Origin: Candidatus Oxydemutatoraceae bacterium
Lineage (GTDB): Bacteria > Pseudomonadota > Gammaproteobacteria > Poriferisulfidales > Oxydemutatoraceae
DNA: 64,000 nt
Assembly (NCBI GenBank): GCA_965220085.1
Contig: CBDCOZ010000003.1
Coordinates: 1,856,001-1,920,000 of the forward strand
Direction: 5' to 3'
A model generated the notes under the pieces. That model was not told the origin of the DNA. It made no database searches and was given only the letters and a program-made list of their open reading frames with translations. Each line of letters starts with the position of its first letter. Positions within the stretch are counted from its first letter, which is position 1. The position numbers and the translations under genes are program-made. Shown piece after piece: positions 19,488 to 30,547 of this stretch.

Positions 19488-22400
19488 TTAAGATTGGGGG
19501 TCTAGCCCCAACTTGGCAAGAAGCTCTTGAAGGCCTTTTTCAAGTTCCTGAGAAATGCCCGCTTGACGTAGTTTCTGAACAAGTTTCGGCAACTCGTGCC
19601 ACATGTAAGAGGGTGATTTTGACCTCCCCAACCATATTAACAATCGTGCTACCTCTTCCGGGTGATGCGCACATAGACTACCTTTGTTAAGATCGTCAAG
19701 ATTGTATATCACCTCCCTTCCGGTCTCAGAGAGTCGTATCTTAACAGCTAACCCGACGGCTTCCGGAAACACCTCTGCCAAGTTTGACAACCATCTAATC
19801 ATATGCGCTACTTCTTCAGGTTCTAGCGACTTGGGAATCCCATCCAGTCGATTTTTCCAATAGTCTTTAAGCCAATGTTGCCAGATCTTTTTCTGCTTTT
19901 CCCCATCCGAGTCTTTTAAAACAAACCACATTCGCTCTGCAAAAATACGTCTGGCATCCTCATCTCCGTGCTCAAAGAACTTTGGAATCCATTCGTCGAG
20001 TGGCTTGGGAACATAATGATTTATCATGAATAGGTAGTCGGCGATAAATCTATTTTGTCTGTCTCCCATACTCCCATCCTTAAAAATATCACCGAGATAC
20101 TCGACCGCCTTTAGAAAAGGCCCTGCCAATAAATCTGCTACTGTCGGGGTAATACGCCCCTGATACAGAAAACCGTCCCAGACAGCCTGATAGCCTTCAT
20201 CAGGATTATCTGTTTCAAATAGCGGAAGCAAGTGTTTTTTAGTCCATGCCTCATCAGCGGCTACCAAAAAGTGTAAGCCTCTGGCAAGAATAGTCCGACC
20301 AAGCCTGCCGCACAGTGTCGCATCTTCCACGATGTTTGAAAGTTCATGACGATAGTTCTCAGGAAGCTTATCGGGCGCAGAGTTCTGTTCTTTTCGCCAA
20401 CGTGAAATAGCGCTTAGCCAGAAAAGTGCGAGCGTTCCCGCAGGGTGATCAAGTGCCCAATATATCCAACCTTCAAACTGCTCACACATGTCCTCCTGCT
20501 TGAGATGACCCCAGAGCCTACTGGCAATCTCTTCAGCCTGCGGAAGTAATCTCATCGCATAATCCTTCCCCCCATCCTTCACCAGCGAATAAAGCGCATC
20601 GGCTACTTCTCGGCTATGTTCAGAATACAACTCTGGTTGCGCCAGCCATCGGAGAATTTGCTTATATTCATTTTCATCCAAATCCATCTCTGCCCACGCC
20701 CGTATCATTGCGCCCCAGAGATCGGCATCCCATTTCTCGGCAGTGCCTAATGCTTCTGCCAAACCGATGCCCCACTTAAATTTTGTTTTCGATGCTTCCG
20801 TTACTGTCTGCAAAAGGCCATGGAGCCTAGTCTCTAAAGGGTTCGTAGGTTGATAAGACAACAAATCATCAAGCCGATTAGTAGCTGGTTTGGACAGCAA
20901 TTCTTCCACACTCCACGGACCTTGCGGTCGAAGCGCACTACGACATGTTTCACTCCAAGAAGTAAAGTCAGGGTGCTTACGCATCTTAAAGTCCGTATAT
21001 TGCTTGCGGATATCATCCAATTCTCGCTTGAGCAACTCACAATCAGGATCAACCTGATTAAGCCAAGCCAACCAATTGAAATGTTCATATGCAACTTTCT
21101 TATCTTTATCAGAGTCTTCTTCTTTAGGCCATTGGAACTTTTTCACCTCTGCTATGATTCTTTCTCGGTGACTTAGGCTTGTTTCAGGGTAAACTGACTT
21201 CATTGCCTGAAAGATTTCATGGTGTATTCCGATGTCGTGAAAATTAACATGCCCTAACAACCAATCAACTTTGTCATCGGCGTTTAAATCTTCTCGCACA
21301 GACAACCCGTGCACCGCCAGACGCCGCAATAGCGGAGCGTCAGAATCAGCAAGCCGAGCACACCAGCACTCAGCCCTCTGTGTCTTATTTTTAGCCAACC
21401 ATTCAAGACAGTCACGCATTGCATCAATTAGCACATCAACGGATTCAGGATACCGATCTTGCGGATGAGGCTCAATAGCAGACCTGTCAAAAGATAAAGG
21501 TTCCCACTCTCTATGTGCCTGTCCCCAAACGCATAGGGTGGAGTGCATCTCTTCCCAACGAGGCACCAATCTCTCAAGTACATCTTCGGCTACTTCCGCC
21601 AACTCGGACTTCAAGCCCTCCCAAAGTTCGCTGAGATTATGGTAATCACCGATTGACACCATATCCGCCTTGAACTCCGGAATGTTGTCCTCCTGCACCA
21701 GAAGTGCCAATGGATCTTTGGAAATCTGTATGTGCCACATTGCCAAAGCATCAAAAACTCGTAGTAAGTCGTCTGGCAATTTATGCTTGACGCAACGCTC
21801 CCCTAACCACAATAGAACCGTTGGAACAGCATCCTTAGTAGAGATAGCATCCTTGGGAGCAGTATCTAGCAACACCGACACCCAGCGAGACAAAACATTC
21901 TCATCAGGCAAATCTTTTAGCCCAATGACTCTTCCCAGAGCAAACCAAAAAGACGGATGTAGTTGCATCTTATGCTTGCCAATCAATTGAAACACTTCAT
22001 CAGGATACTGATAGGCAAAATTTTCTGCCAGCCACCGACTGAACTCAGCATCTTGTTCATTATCTTTGTCATTGAAAGATCTATTATTGAAAAGATTGGC
22101 TAAATGACCTTCGCGATCAAGCCATTTAATCCATGCCGGATTCCGAGTGGCAGCCGTGAAAAAGCGGACATTCGCTACATCGTCTTTCAACGCGCGATTC
22201 AGAAGATCGCTATCCTCGTTGTCTGAGGGAGGAGGTTCCCTTTTAGCAATATTTTCAATTTTTTGTTTCCAATCTAGGATTCTAAAACTTGCTTGCTGAA
22301 CTAGTTTTTCAATGCCTCTATAGAGTTGGTCATAATCTTCCGGTTCTGACTTTTGAAACAGAATCGGCTTAATCCCAAGCATGTTCCATTTCTCTTCCAC

Positions 22401-23078
22401 ACCTTCTGCTTCTGCCGCAAGGGCGAAGCGTTGGGTTGTTTCTGCTTCCGATAGGGCACGGGCTAAGTAGTTCATAATTGTGTCATCGTGTTTATAGCCT
22501 ACAAAGAGAACGGTGAAGCGACGAAACAAATCGACTAAGAAACGGCTGGCCCGCCCTTCGGTCACATAACTTCTTCCAAAGTCTCCATCGGTAAGAACCA
22601 TCCCGTCAGGATGAGAAACGGAGCCGTGCACATGAACTATTCCCTTAAAATCCTGCCCCAAAGGAAGAGCAGGCGCTCGAAATACCTCTGGCACCGAATC
22701 AAAAATTTCCTTAGCAGCCTGTTCAAATAAGCAATCAAAATTGGTTGTAACTATCCGAACCGATTTAGCATTCGGATAAAGCCTTAAAAGATTTTTGTGC
22801 AATTCTGTGGGTTGCGAATCTCGCCGTGTAAGTATGTCTTTGGCCCGTTTATGAACCTCTGCCCCAGGATGCTTTAACCTGCCGAGAAAATGATCCAGAG
22901 ATTCTTCATCTCGTAAGGTCTCGCCAGACCCTTCGGCAATTTCTTTCGCCAAGTCCTTAAAGTCCGGCAAATCAGCCGGGGCTGGCTTTGACACGCCGGC
23001 ACCCGCAAAGACTACTAAGTTGCCATCGCGCAAGGCATCCAGTACTGGGTCAGGGAAATCGATTCCGGCGAGTTTCAT
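19488..23078 (-). CDS. SIR2-like domain protein with C-terminal DUF4020-like region (candidate NADase defence protein)
   Basis: VVFAGAGVS, IVTTNFD, HVHGS, LFVGY; long helical C-terminus. Confidence 0.85.
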   Translation of the reverse strand: MKLAGIDFPDPVLDALRDGNLVVFAGAGVSKPAPADLPDFKDLAKEIAEGSGETLRDEESLDHFLGRLKHPGAEVHKRAKDILTRRDSQPTELHKNLLRLYPNAKSVRIVTTNFDCLFEQAAKEIFDSVPEVFRAPALPLGQDFKGIVHVHGSVSHPDGMVLTDGDFGRSYVTEGRASRFLVDLFRRFTVLFVGYKHDDTIMNYLARALSEAETTQRFALAAEAEGVEEKWNMLGIKPILFQKSEPEDYDQLYRGIEKLVQQASFRILDWKQKIENIAKREPPPSDNEDSDLLNRALKDDVANVRFFTAATRNPAWIKWLDREGHLANLFNNRSFNDKDNEQDAEFSRWLAENFAYQYPDEVFQLIGKHKMQLHPSFWFALGRVIGLKDLPDENVLSRWVSVLLDTAPKDAISTKDAVPTVLLWLGERCVKHKLPDDLLRVFDALAMWHIQISKDPLALLVQEDNIPEFKADMVSIGDYHNLSELWEGLKSELAEVAEDVLERLVPRWEEMHSTLCVWGQAHREWEPLSFDRSAIEPHPQDRYPESVDVLIDAMRDCLEWLAKNKTQRAECWCARLADSDAPLLRRLAVHGLSVREDLNADDKVDWLLGHVNFHDIGIHHEIFQAMKSVYPETSLSHRERIIAEVKKFQWPKEEDSDKDKKVAYEHFNWLAWLNQVDPDCELLKRELDDIRKQYTDFKMRKHPDFTSWSETCRSALRPQGPWSVEELLSKPATNRLDDLLSYQPTNPLETRLHGLLQTVTEASKTKFKWGIGLAEALGTAEKWDADLWGAMIRAWAEMDLDENEYKQILRWLAQPELYSEHSREVADALYSLVKDGGKDYAMRLLPQAEEIASRLWGHLKQEDMCEQFEGWIYWALDHPAGTLALFWLSAISRWRKEQNSAPDKLPENYRHELSNIVEDATLCGRLGRTILARGLHFLVAADEAWTKKHLLPLFETDNPDEGYQAVWDGFLYQGRITPTVADLLAGPFLKAVEYLGDIFKDGSMGDRQNRFIADYLFMINHYVPKPLDEWIPKFFEHGDEDARRIFAERMWFVLKDSDGEKQKKIWQHWLKDYWKNRLDGIPKSLEPEEVAHMIRWLSNLAEVFPEAVGLAVKIRLSETGREVIYNLDDLNKGSLCAHHPEEVARLLIWLGRSKSPSYMWHELPKLVQKLRQAGISQELEKGLQELLAKLGLDPQS

Positions 23079-23132
23079 TTGTCATTGGATTAAATCAATT
23101 CGCTAATTATAAACTCCTCACCAGTAGTGTGC

Positions 23133-23654
23133 TTATCGCTTGGCGGCATGGCGCTCCGCTATGAGTGCGGCCAGAGGGCTGTTCTCCGCCACATGGGGGA
23201 TTTCGGCATCCGTTGCCAGCGCCAATATCAGGCGGTTGCGTTCAAGAGCGGTAGCGCGTGTGATGCGGCGAACTTCCGGCGGGCAAGCGGTGAGAATGAG
23301 AAGGCGGCCTTCGGTCAGGGGGGCTCGTTCTTTGGGGGGGATTCGGTAGTTGGCGGCGAGGCCGCGGGCGAGGAGTTTGACGGCGCGACCTTTGCGGCGC
23401 AGGGCGGAATGCAGCACTTGTTGCTCAAGGGGGCTGTGGAAGCCGCTTAGGATAACGCGGCCTTCTTTTGTCCACTGAGGAATGCGGTCGATGGTTTTTA
23501 GAAAGACACTGCCCGGACATTGACGAGAGGCGATTAAGCCGAGCAGAGGTTCTTGTAGCAAGTCCGGATCGCCGATGGCCGTCCAATTTTGCTTGGCTTG
23601 TGCGCCGACTTTGGCGAGCAGGGCGGCGGGCAAAGGCAAAGCGGACGGCTTCAT
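23133..23654 (-). CDS. DprA/SLOG-like protein
   Basis: SGFHSPLEQ, KLLARG, ALERNRLILALA. Confidence 0.75.
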   Translation of the reverse strand: MKPSALPLPAALLAKVGAQAKQNWTAIGDPDLLQEPLLGLIASRQCPGSVFLKTIDRIPQWTKEGRVILSGFHSPLEQQVLHSALRRKGRAVKLLARGLAANYRIPPKERAPLTEGRLLILTACPPEVRRITRATALERNRLILALATDAEIPHVAENSPLAALIAERHAAKR

Positions 23655-26600
23655 GTTTCGTTATCTTCGCTACTCTCAATATTCGCCCTTGATGCCGTCT
23701 GCGTATAGAAAAGTTCAATATCGTCCCAGACAGCATCAAACCCTAAATGCTTTGCAATGATGGCATCAGACTTATCAGTTATATTGCGACACTTGACCAA
23801 GTTGTAATTTCCAACGCGTAAGCCAGCGTTTTGCTCAAACTGAATCTCCTTTTTAACTGCTTTTTTTAGTTCGGGTACTAAGGCAAGCAACTGCTGTCGC
23901 ACATCGGATGGCAAGTGATTAGGGTTCCAAGGAAAGGAGGAGGAAAACTGTTGCGTTACATGAAAGTCGTCGCCTATGGCAATCCAGAATGCGTAACCTA
24001 TCTTTCCATTCAGAGCAAGAAACGCTATATCTCGTGCATCCTTGCTATTAAAGTAAATTGTATTGTATCCCGTATGCGGTATCTGCCGGCCATTCGCATC
24101 AAAACAGGGGGCCTGCTGATGGGTGAAAGAGAGAAAGTACATTGCTACATTTCGGAAGTGTAGTTCATACGGCGCCCCTGATTGATTCACTGCGGCCTCC
24201 AATGTGCGCCTTGTTCCTATTAAATGCTGAAATGCGCGTATTAGTTCCTGCGTGTTGACCTTTGGTATGCGACCGTCCCAGAGCTTCCGGTTATAACTCG
24301 CATAGGATAGCGTTGTGAATAGATGGTCACGCGCTTTAATCCCCCAGCGGTGAAGCCGTGATGTATATTGAATATTGCCTTGTCCCGCAACAGACCCGAG
24401 GTGAATCGTATGTCGGATACTAACACCAGAAAAAAGAGTCGTCGGTCTTCTACTAAAGTGTGAAAACCAATTTCGGCTATATCTCTCATGTAGAGAGTCG
24501 CGCAGTTTACCAAAGCGCCTATTGAATGAAAGACTCAGCGGAACAATCATGCCGGTACGGGCGTTAGGCCCGGCTATATCAATGACTCGCTCCAAACACC
24601 AAGCATAGATATCCGGACAGAGCTTCGTTTTATAATCTTTGACAAAATAATCCACTTTGCGTGAATTCACATAAGGCGGATTCCCAATCACCACATCAAA
24701 CCCGCCCTCGCGCATCACCCCGTAGAATTCCGCAAACCAGTGAAACGGCTGATGGCTTTTGCGCCAACTGTCAAACGACGAGTCTTTGCCGTACTCCTGC
24801 GCCAGATACCGATTCAGTTTCAGACTCAGGTTGTCTAGTGTTGTTCGCAGTTCGTCCTTGTCTTCCGAAGTGACCTTGCCTCCAAGCGCCGTTTGTTGTT
24901 CTCTAAATCGATTAAAAATATCCGCTGCATCAGCGATATCAGTCTTGATCTTTTCTTTACCGCTGGGCAACAAGTCACCTGACTCATCAAACTGCTTCTC
25001 AGTGGCGAAACCCACCAGCGCATTGCCAGTGCGAATGTTGAAATCAATGTCGGGCAATGGCTCCAAATCATCGGTCGTCCGCACTTGCGATACCAACTTG
25101 AGGAACAAGCGCAGTTTGCAAATCTCCGCCGCCTCGGCCATGATATCCACGCCGTAGAGATTGTGCAGGATGATACTTTTATAGACAAAATAGGGGCGTG
25201 ATGGGTGACTGTTGACCTCTTCAAGTATCCGGACAAAATCAGCCTCCGGTTTTTTGCCCAATTTGCCGGCATCTTCAATAAAACCTTCCATGCGATCCAG
25301 ACATGTTTCATACAGCGGTTCCAATATATTCAGAGCGGCAAACAAAAAAGCGCCGGAACCGCAGGTGGGGTCCAGAATGCTGATGCCGTGACGGAAATGC
25401 TGATTGGACTTTTCCGGCACTCGCCCGACGATGGCTTGCCATATGGCGCGCAACAACTGCGGACCAGCGCTGGTGACGATGATATCCTGCATGAACTGTT
25501 GGATATCCAGGTTGTGGGTGATGAGGTCATCTGTGCTTTTAATCTCGCCGGCGGCTAATTTCTGCCGTATCTCCAGACAGCGTTTGCGCCGCGCGACATA
25601 TTCGCGCCAGGTCTCGGTGGGCAATGCGCCTGGCTCGCCATCGCCTGTTTGGAAACTCGCCTCATCCAAGTTATAGCGTTTGTCGGCCATGCGCGCATTG
25701 GCGTCATTCATGCCGGCTTGGACAAAGTCCGGCAGCGCCGATTCCGGCACGACCTCACCGGCGGCATCGATCACTCCGGTTTTCATCGCCGAGTAAATGT
25801 ATCTGACAGGATCATCTTGCAACAGGTTCCAGACAGACTCATCGCCATCAAAAGCCACCTTGCAACGTTGCCGCGCCTGCTCTAGCAGACAAGGGATGAC
25901 CGTATTCTGACCGATGTATTCGGTGATGTCCTCTTTGGTGTAGTAGGCGCCCATCTGCTTTTGGTTGATGTATTTCTCAAAGATATAGCCGAGCACATCC
26001 GGATTGATTTCGTTGTCTTTCTTCAGCGGGCGGTCGTCCAAATGCCAATCGTATTCATCAAAGAATGCAAACAGTCGCTCGAAGGCCTCGTCGGGGATGT
26101 CGATGTCTTTGTTGGATTGTTCCAGCAAATGCAGATCAAACAAGCCGCCGTTGAGGTAGGGAACCTTGCCTACCAATTGCGCAAAATCGGCGGTTCTCTC
26201 GTCCTCCGGAGTGCCGAGACCTTCGTGGAACAGCCGGCGCAAGAAGGTGCGGTAGAAAGAATGAAATTGGTCTTTGCCCTTTTGATCGCGAACCGTTTTC
26301 AGCTTGTCGGTCAGATAATTGATGTTGTCGTCAAGGAAGCCTTTGCGCTGAATGAAGTAGACGAACATCATGCGGTTGAGCATCAGAGATGCATACCATT
26401 CTCTGTGCGTTATGTCTTTCAACCCTTCGACGAATTTGGAAAAAACCTGGTGCTCGGCCTTAAAGCGGTCGTAGAATTTTTTGGAAACCTTGTCACGGTC
26501 AAAAGCGCTGCGCAGACCGGTAGTGACATCGGTCAGCATGATGTCCTCTTCTTCTTCCAACTTCCAGACGATGGCTTCCAACTTTTGCCGCAGAGATTCG

Positions 26601-26977
26601 CCGCTGGTATCTTTATGCCAAGTGTGGGTGCGGGGGGATATGGGCTTGCCCGGCGAGCGCAAAACCCACAACCAAGTGAGGGTCGTCTTGTCGGCATTGG
26701 CAAAAATCAACAGGTGTTCGTGAGCAATGCGAGTGACTTCTCTTTCAATCTTTAACTGCACTGGGTAAGCAGGGATACTGCCTTGCGCATCCGGACTGCA
26801 TAAGAAGATGAAAACGTCATGCTTCTCGGCAATAGCGGTTAGTTCAAATGTCCGGTCATCAACATTGATCCCTTGTGGCGGACGTTGAGCGCGATTCCAG
26901 CCAAGTTCTTCAATGAACAATTGTTCAAGATTAGCTTCAGAAAGCAGTCTCTCAAAGTTAGTGGCGTTGATAGTCAT
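23651..26977 (-). CDS. Large N6-adenine DNA methyltransferase (Eco57I/type IIG-like)
   Basis: PYLNGGLF, GAYYT, DPTCGSGAFL, GVDI, VIGNPPY. Confidence 0.9.
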   Translation of the reverse strand: MTINATNFERLLSEANLEQLFIEELGWNRAQRPPQGINVDDRTFELTAIAEKHDVFIFLCSPDAQGSIPAYPVQLKIEREVTRIAHEHLLIFANADKTTLTWLWVLRSPGKPISPRTHTWHKDTSGESLRQKLEAIVWKLEEEEDIMLTDVTTGLRSAFDRDKVSKKFYDRFKAEHQVFSKFVEGLKDITHREWYASLMLNRMMFVYFIQRKGFLDDNINYLTDKLKTVRDQKGKDQFHSFYRTFLRRLFHEGLGTPEDERTADFAQLVGKVPYLNGGLFDLHLLEQSNKDIDIPDEAFERLFAFFDEYDWHLDDRPLKKDNEINPDVLGYIFEKYINQKQMGAYYTKEDITEYIGQNTVIPCLLEQARQRCKVAFDGDESVWNLLQDDPVRYIYSAMKTGVIDAAGEVVPESALPDFVQAGMNDANARMADKRYNLDEASFQTGDGEPGALPTETWREYVARRKRCLEIRQKLAAGEIKSTDDLITHNLDIQQFMQDIIVTSAGPQLLRAIWQAIVGRVPEKSNQHFRHGISILDPTCGSGAFLFAALNILEPLYETCLDRMEGFIEDAGKLGKKPEADFVRILEEVNSHPSRPYFVYKSIILHNLYGVDIMAEAAEICKLRLFLKLVSQVRTTDDLEPLPDIDFNIRTGNALVGFATEKQFDESGDLLPSGKEKIKTDIADAADIFNRFREQQTALGGKVTSEDKDELRTTLDNLSLKLNRYLAQEYGKDSSFDSWRKSHQPFHWFAEFYGVMREGGFDVVIGNPPYVNSRKVDYFVKDYKTKLCPDIYAWCLERVIDIAGPNARTGMIVPLSLSFNRRFGKLRDSLHERYSRNWFSHFSRRPTTLFSGVSIRHTIHLGSVAGQGNIQYTSRLHRWGIKARDHLFTTLSYASYNRKLWDGRIPKVNTQELIRAFQHLIGTRRTLEAAVNQSGAPYELHFRNVAMYFLSFTHQQAPCFDANGRQIPHTGYNTIYFNSKDARDIAFLALNGKIGYAFWIAIGDDFHVTQQFSSSFPWNPNHLPSDVRQQLLALVPELKKAVKKEIQFEQNAGLRVGNYNLVKCRNITDKSDAIIAKHLGFDAVWDDIELFYTQTASRANIESSEDNET

Positions 26978-26996
26978 GCGGAAATTTTCTTTGTTG

Positions 26997-29900
26997 CTAC
27001 ACTAATCCCATAGAGCAAATAAGACTGGGTTCGCGTTGCTGATTAATTTCGTCGATTATGCACAAACTACCAGACTCGCGGAAACTAATAACTCGTTCCG
27101 CCAAATCTTTATCTTCAATGCCTGATTTGATTTGACGGTTCAGAGTGTCTTTGGCATCTTGATAAATAGGATGACGGTAAATTTCCTCCATTGCTGAGTC
27201 AATCTGGCGCACATAGTCGTCGGTAATAAACATATCACGATGCTTTCCCAGTTTTTCGCGGTAGCGCTTGAGTCGTTCGTAGGTCTTGAAGCGCGCACCA
27301 GAAGGACGACCCAATGCGCCGCCGGTAGTCTTTTCTTCTTCCACGATATGTTCCAGCCCCCTTTGCGTGAGGTCATGATGTTGCTCCGCCCGAGGCATTG
27401 CTTCAGTGTCTTTAGAACAAGCGGCCGCTTTCAAAATGGCAAGTTGGGATTGCGTGACGGAATTGCCGGACTCATCCATCCAAGTCAACACGTCGTTGTC
27501 CTGTCCGGTGCGCATATACACCAGCACCCCTTTGGCGATCGATTTGTTTTCGCGGGCTTTGGTGGCATACGCCACATTCGGCATGGCCTTGACCTTTGCC
27601 GCCACATCGGGATCAGCATCGATGGCATCCTTCCATATCTGATAGGCATAAGAGACAAGATCCACTTCTTCGTCGCCTTCGGCTTCGTCGTCCAGAACAT
27701 CGCTCTTTTCGTTATACAAGTTGAGAATGACCTGTTTCTCTTCTTCGTCGTCAAAGAATGACTCATCCGAGCCCACCACTTCGGCATTTTCATCAAGACG
27801 CTGTTTGACCCGCGAGCGCAAGCGAATAAGACGCTCCACGCCATCGGTTGGCAAAAAAGAATAGCAGAGAATCTTTTCGGATTGCTGACCGATGCGGTCC
27901 ACACGACCGGCGCGCTGAATCAAACGGATGATTGCCCAAGGCAGATCATAGTTGATAATGATGGCGCAGTCTTGAAGGTTTTGACCTTCGGATAACACAT
28001 CGGTAGTGATGAGCACCCGCAACTCTTCCGACTCCGGCACAGCGTCGCGCTTGTCATTGGATTGCGGAGAGAAATGCCACGCCAGTTCGCTCGGATCTTC
28101 GCTGTCCCCTGTCACCAGCGCCGTCTGTCGGATGCCCTGCGCATCCAGTCGCTCCTTCAGGTATCTGGCGGTGTCGGCAAACTGGGTAAATACCAACACC
28201 TTCTCGTTTGCATGCTTATCGTGCAAGAGCGAGATTAGCGCATCCAATTTGGTATCCTGCCCCGATTGCCAAACACCACAATCGTTGAGTACTTTGATTA
28301 ATACACTGGCATCTGCGCGCAAATCTTCAACTAACTTCTTTTCAAAGAAATTGCTTGGTAGCCATCTGAAACGTTTATGGAAATCTTCGCCACTATAAAT
28401 CTCATAAAGAGATGATGCACGGCTGCGATAATCATCTGCGTTGTACAAGCCAGACGAATTATTGATGGTTGCTACCGAAATGTCGTCCGGCCCTTCTTCG
28501 TCATCAGTCGCGTTCATCAATGAGCTACCATCTTGGTCCTTATCGGTGAAACGTTCATCAAGCAATGCGGCATCTTGCGGGCCAAGTGGAATGTTCAAGC
28601 CGTTCTCTATGGCATGAATTGCAACGAAGTTGCGCAGAAGGTGTCGTTCGAGCGAAAGCAGAAACGACGGGCCGGCGCTCTCCAGACGCTTGAACAAATT
28701 AGTGCGGCAAAATCCCATCAGGCGGGTCTGGGCACGGGATAAATCGGCGATAATATTTTTTTGCTCTGGTGACGTTTCCAAACCCTCCTTGAGATAGAGA
28801 CCCAAGCCGTAGCGCGGAAGGCTCAAAGAATTAATTGCGCTCACCACATCATCCGAATAGAAACGGGCGTAAGGATCGTCGGGGTTGTTTTCGTCAATCT
28901 CAAACTTGAGGGTTTTGGGAACGCGCTGCGGGAAATAGGATTTTTCCCCGCTGGAAAATTCAAGATACTTGCCGCGCGTATCTTGTTGCGCGTAATGCCG
29001 CTCAATAAAACCGCGCGTACGCCGCACCATATATAAGCGCATGAGATCACGCCAGTCATCCGGATGCTCGCTCTTCTCAAAAGCGGCGATGGAGCGCACG
29101 GGGCACTGATGGTTGCGAATAAATTCGGGTTCCCCGCCTATCTCCGCAATGAGCTTTTCCGGTCGGATGCCCAAGTCCTGATCTTCCCGCAGGAACAAGC
29201 CAAGTTGCGCCGCCAAGTCTAGATAGGTCTTGTTGTATGGGGTAGCAGAGAGCAGGATGCACAGGCTTTCGTTGTGCTCAATATAGTCGCGGATGGCACG
29301 CCACCGTTTTCCTTCTTTATTGCGAAGGTTGTGAGACTCGTCAATCAAGACCACTTTGTAGCGCCGAGTCTTGGGCAATTTATTTATCACCTTGGATATA
29401 GGCAACACCTTTGCGCGCAGTTGGTAATTGTGGACATAATCTTTCCACATTGATACCAGATTTTTGGGACAGAGAATGAGTGTTTCGGTGTGGAAATCCT
29501 CTTCAAACACCTTGGCAAGTGCTGTTGCCATCATGGACTTACCCAGCCCGACTACATCACCGATTAGTACCCCACCGCGCTTGTTCAGATGGTGGGCGGC
29601 AATCTTGACGGCGGCGACCTGAAAATCAAATAGGGTATCACCAAATATCTTCGGGATATTGAACTCCGCTAAGCCGGAGTGCGCATCCTGCGACAAGTGA
29701 TAAGCCATTTTGAGGTAGACATGGTACGGGGGGATGAGGCGTTCGCCGGCCCAACTCTCGTCAATGATGTCGGCCAACTCGTCTGATATATCGAGACACC
29801 ACCGATCCTGCCAGCGATCTTCAAACCATTGGACTAGTTTGTCAGTAGCGTCGGAGTCCAACACATCAATATTTAGCTCGCCTTGCTTGGACAAACCGGC

Positions 29901-30394
29901 TAGCGTGAGATTACTACTGCCGAGGTAACCTACCACGGGATTGACGGGTCTTTGCGATGTAACAAGTAGAGTTTGGCATGCAAGGAATGGCGCAGATGGA
30001 CCTTGACGAAGAGCTTTTTCTGCCGAATCTGTTGGGCAAGCTGCCGCAAAACAGATTCATCTGCGTTATTTGGTGCACCAAACGTCAGCTGGTTGCGGAA
30101 CTCCTCGGCAATCCGATTCTTTTCCTGAGTAACGGTTTTGTTGTCGAGACTAAGGCCCTGCTCGTTGCCGCGCAACGCCTGTCGCAATTCCTCGCTGGGA
30201 GTAATGTGCATGCCGATGAGTAAGCGACAACAGTTGCCCTCACCACCAGACCATCGATCCGCATACTGCGCAAGGTGTCGCCAGCCGCGCAGGTTGAAGT
30301 AGCCAACGCAGAAATCGGCGCGCTCGGCAACTTGCAATGTCTCTTGCAACGCAGGCAGCAGAGATGTTTCTATGTTGTCAAAGATGCGCGGCAT
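26997..30394 (-). pseudogene. Phospholipase D nuclease-SNF2 helicase fusion split by a single-base frameshift near 29945
   Basis: HAKLYL...DP in 29930..30394 continues as VNPVVGYLGSSN in 26997..29936; DVVGLGKS, DESH, SATP, QRAGRVDRIG helicase motifs. Confidence 0.8.
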
Positions 30395-30547
30395 GTGGTT
30401 TCTTTATTTTTAGAACTTTGGAAATCCGGCGGGTCATCTCAGCCCCTCAAGGCAAAGAACCATTTACTCAAAGCAAAAGTATATCGCAGTATGGAAAAGC
30501 ATACTAGGAAGCATTGACTTAATAGCACAGCCGTATAAGCTAGATTT

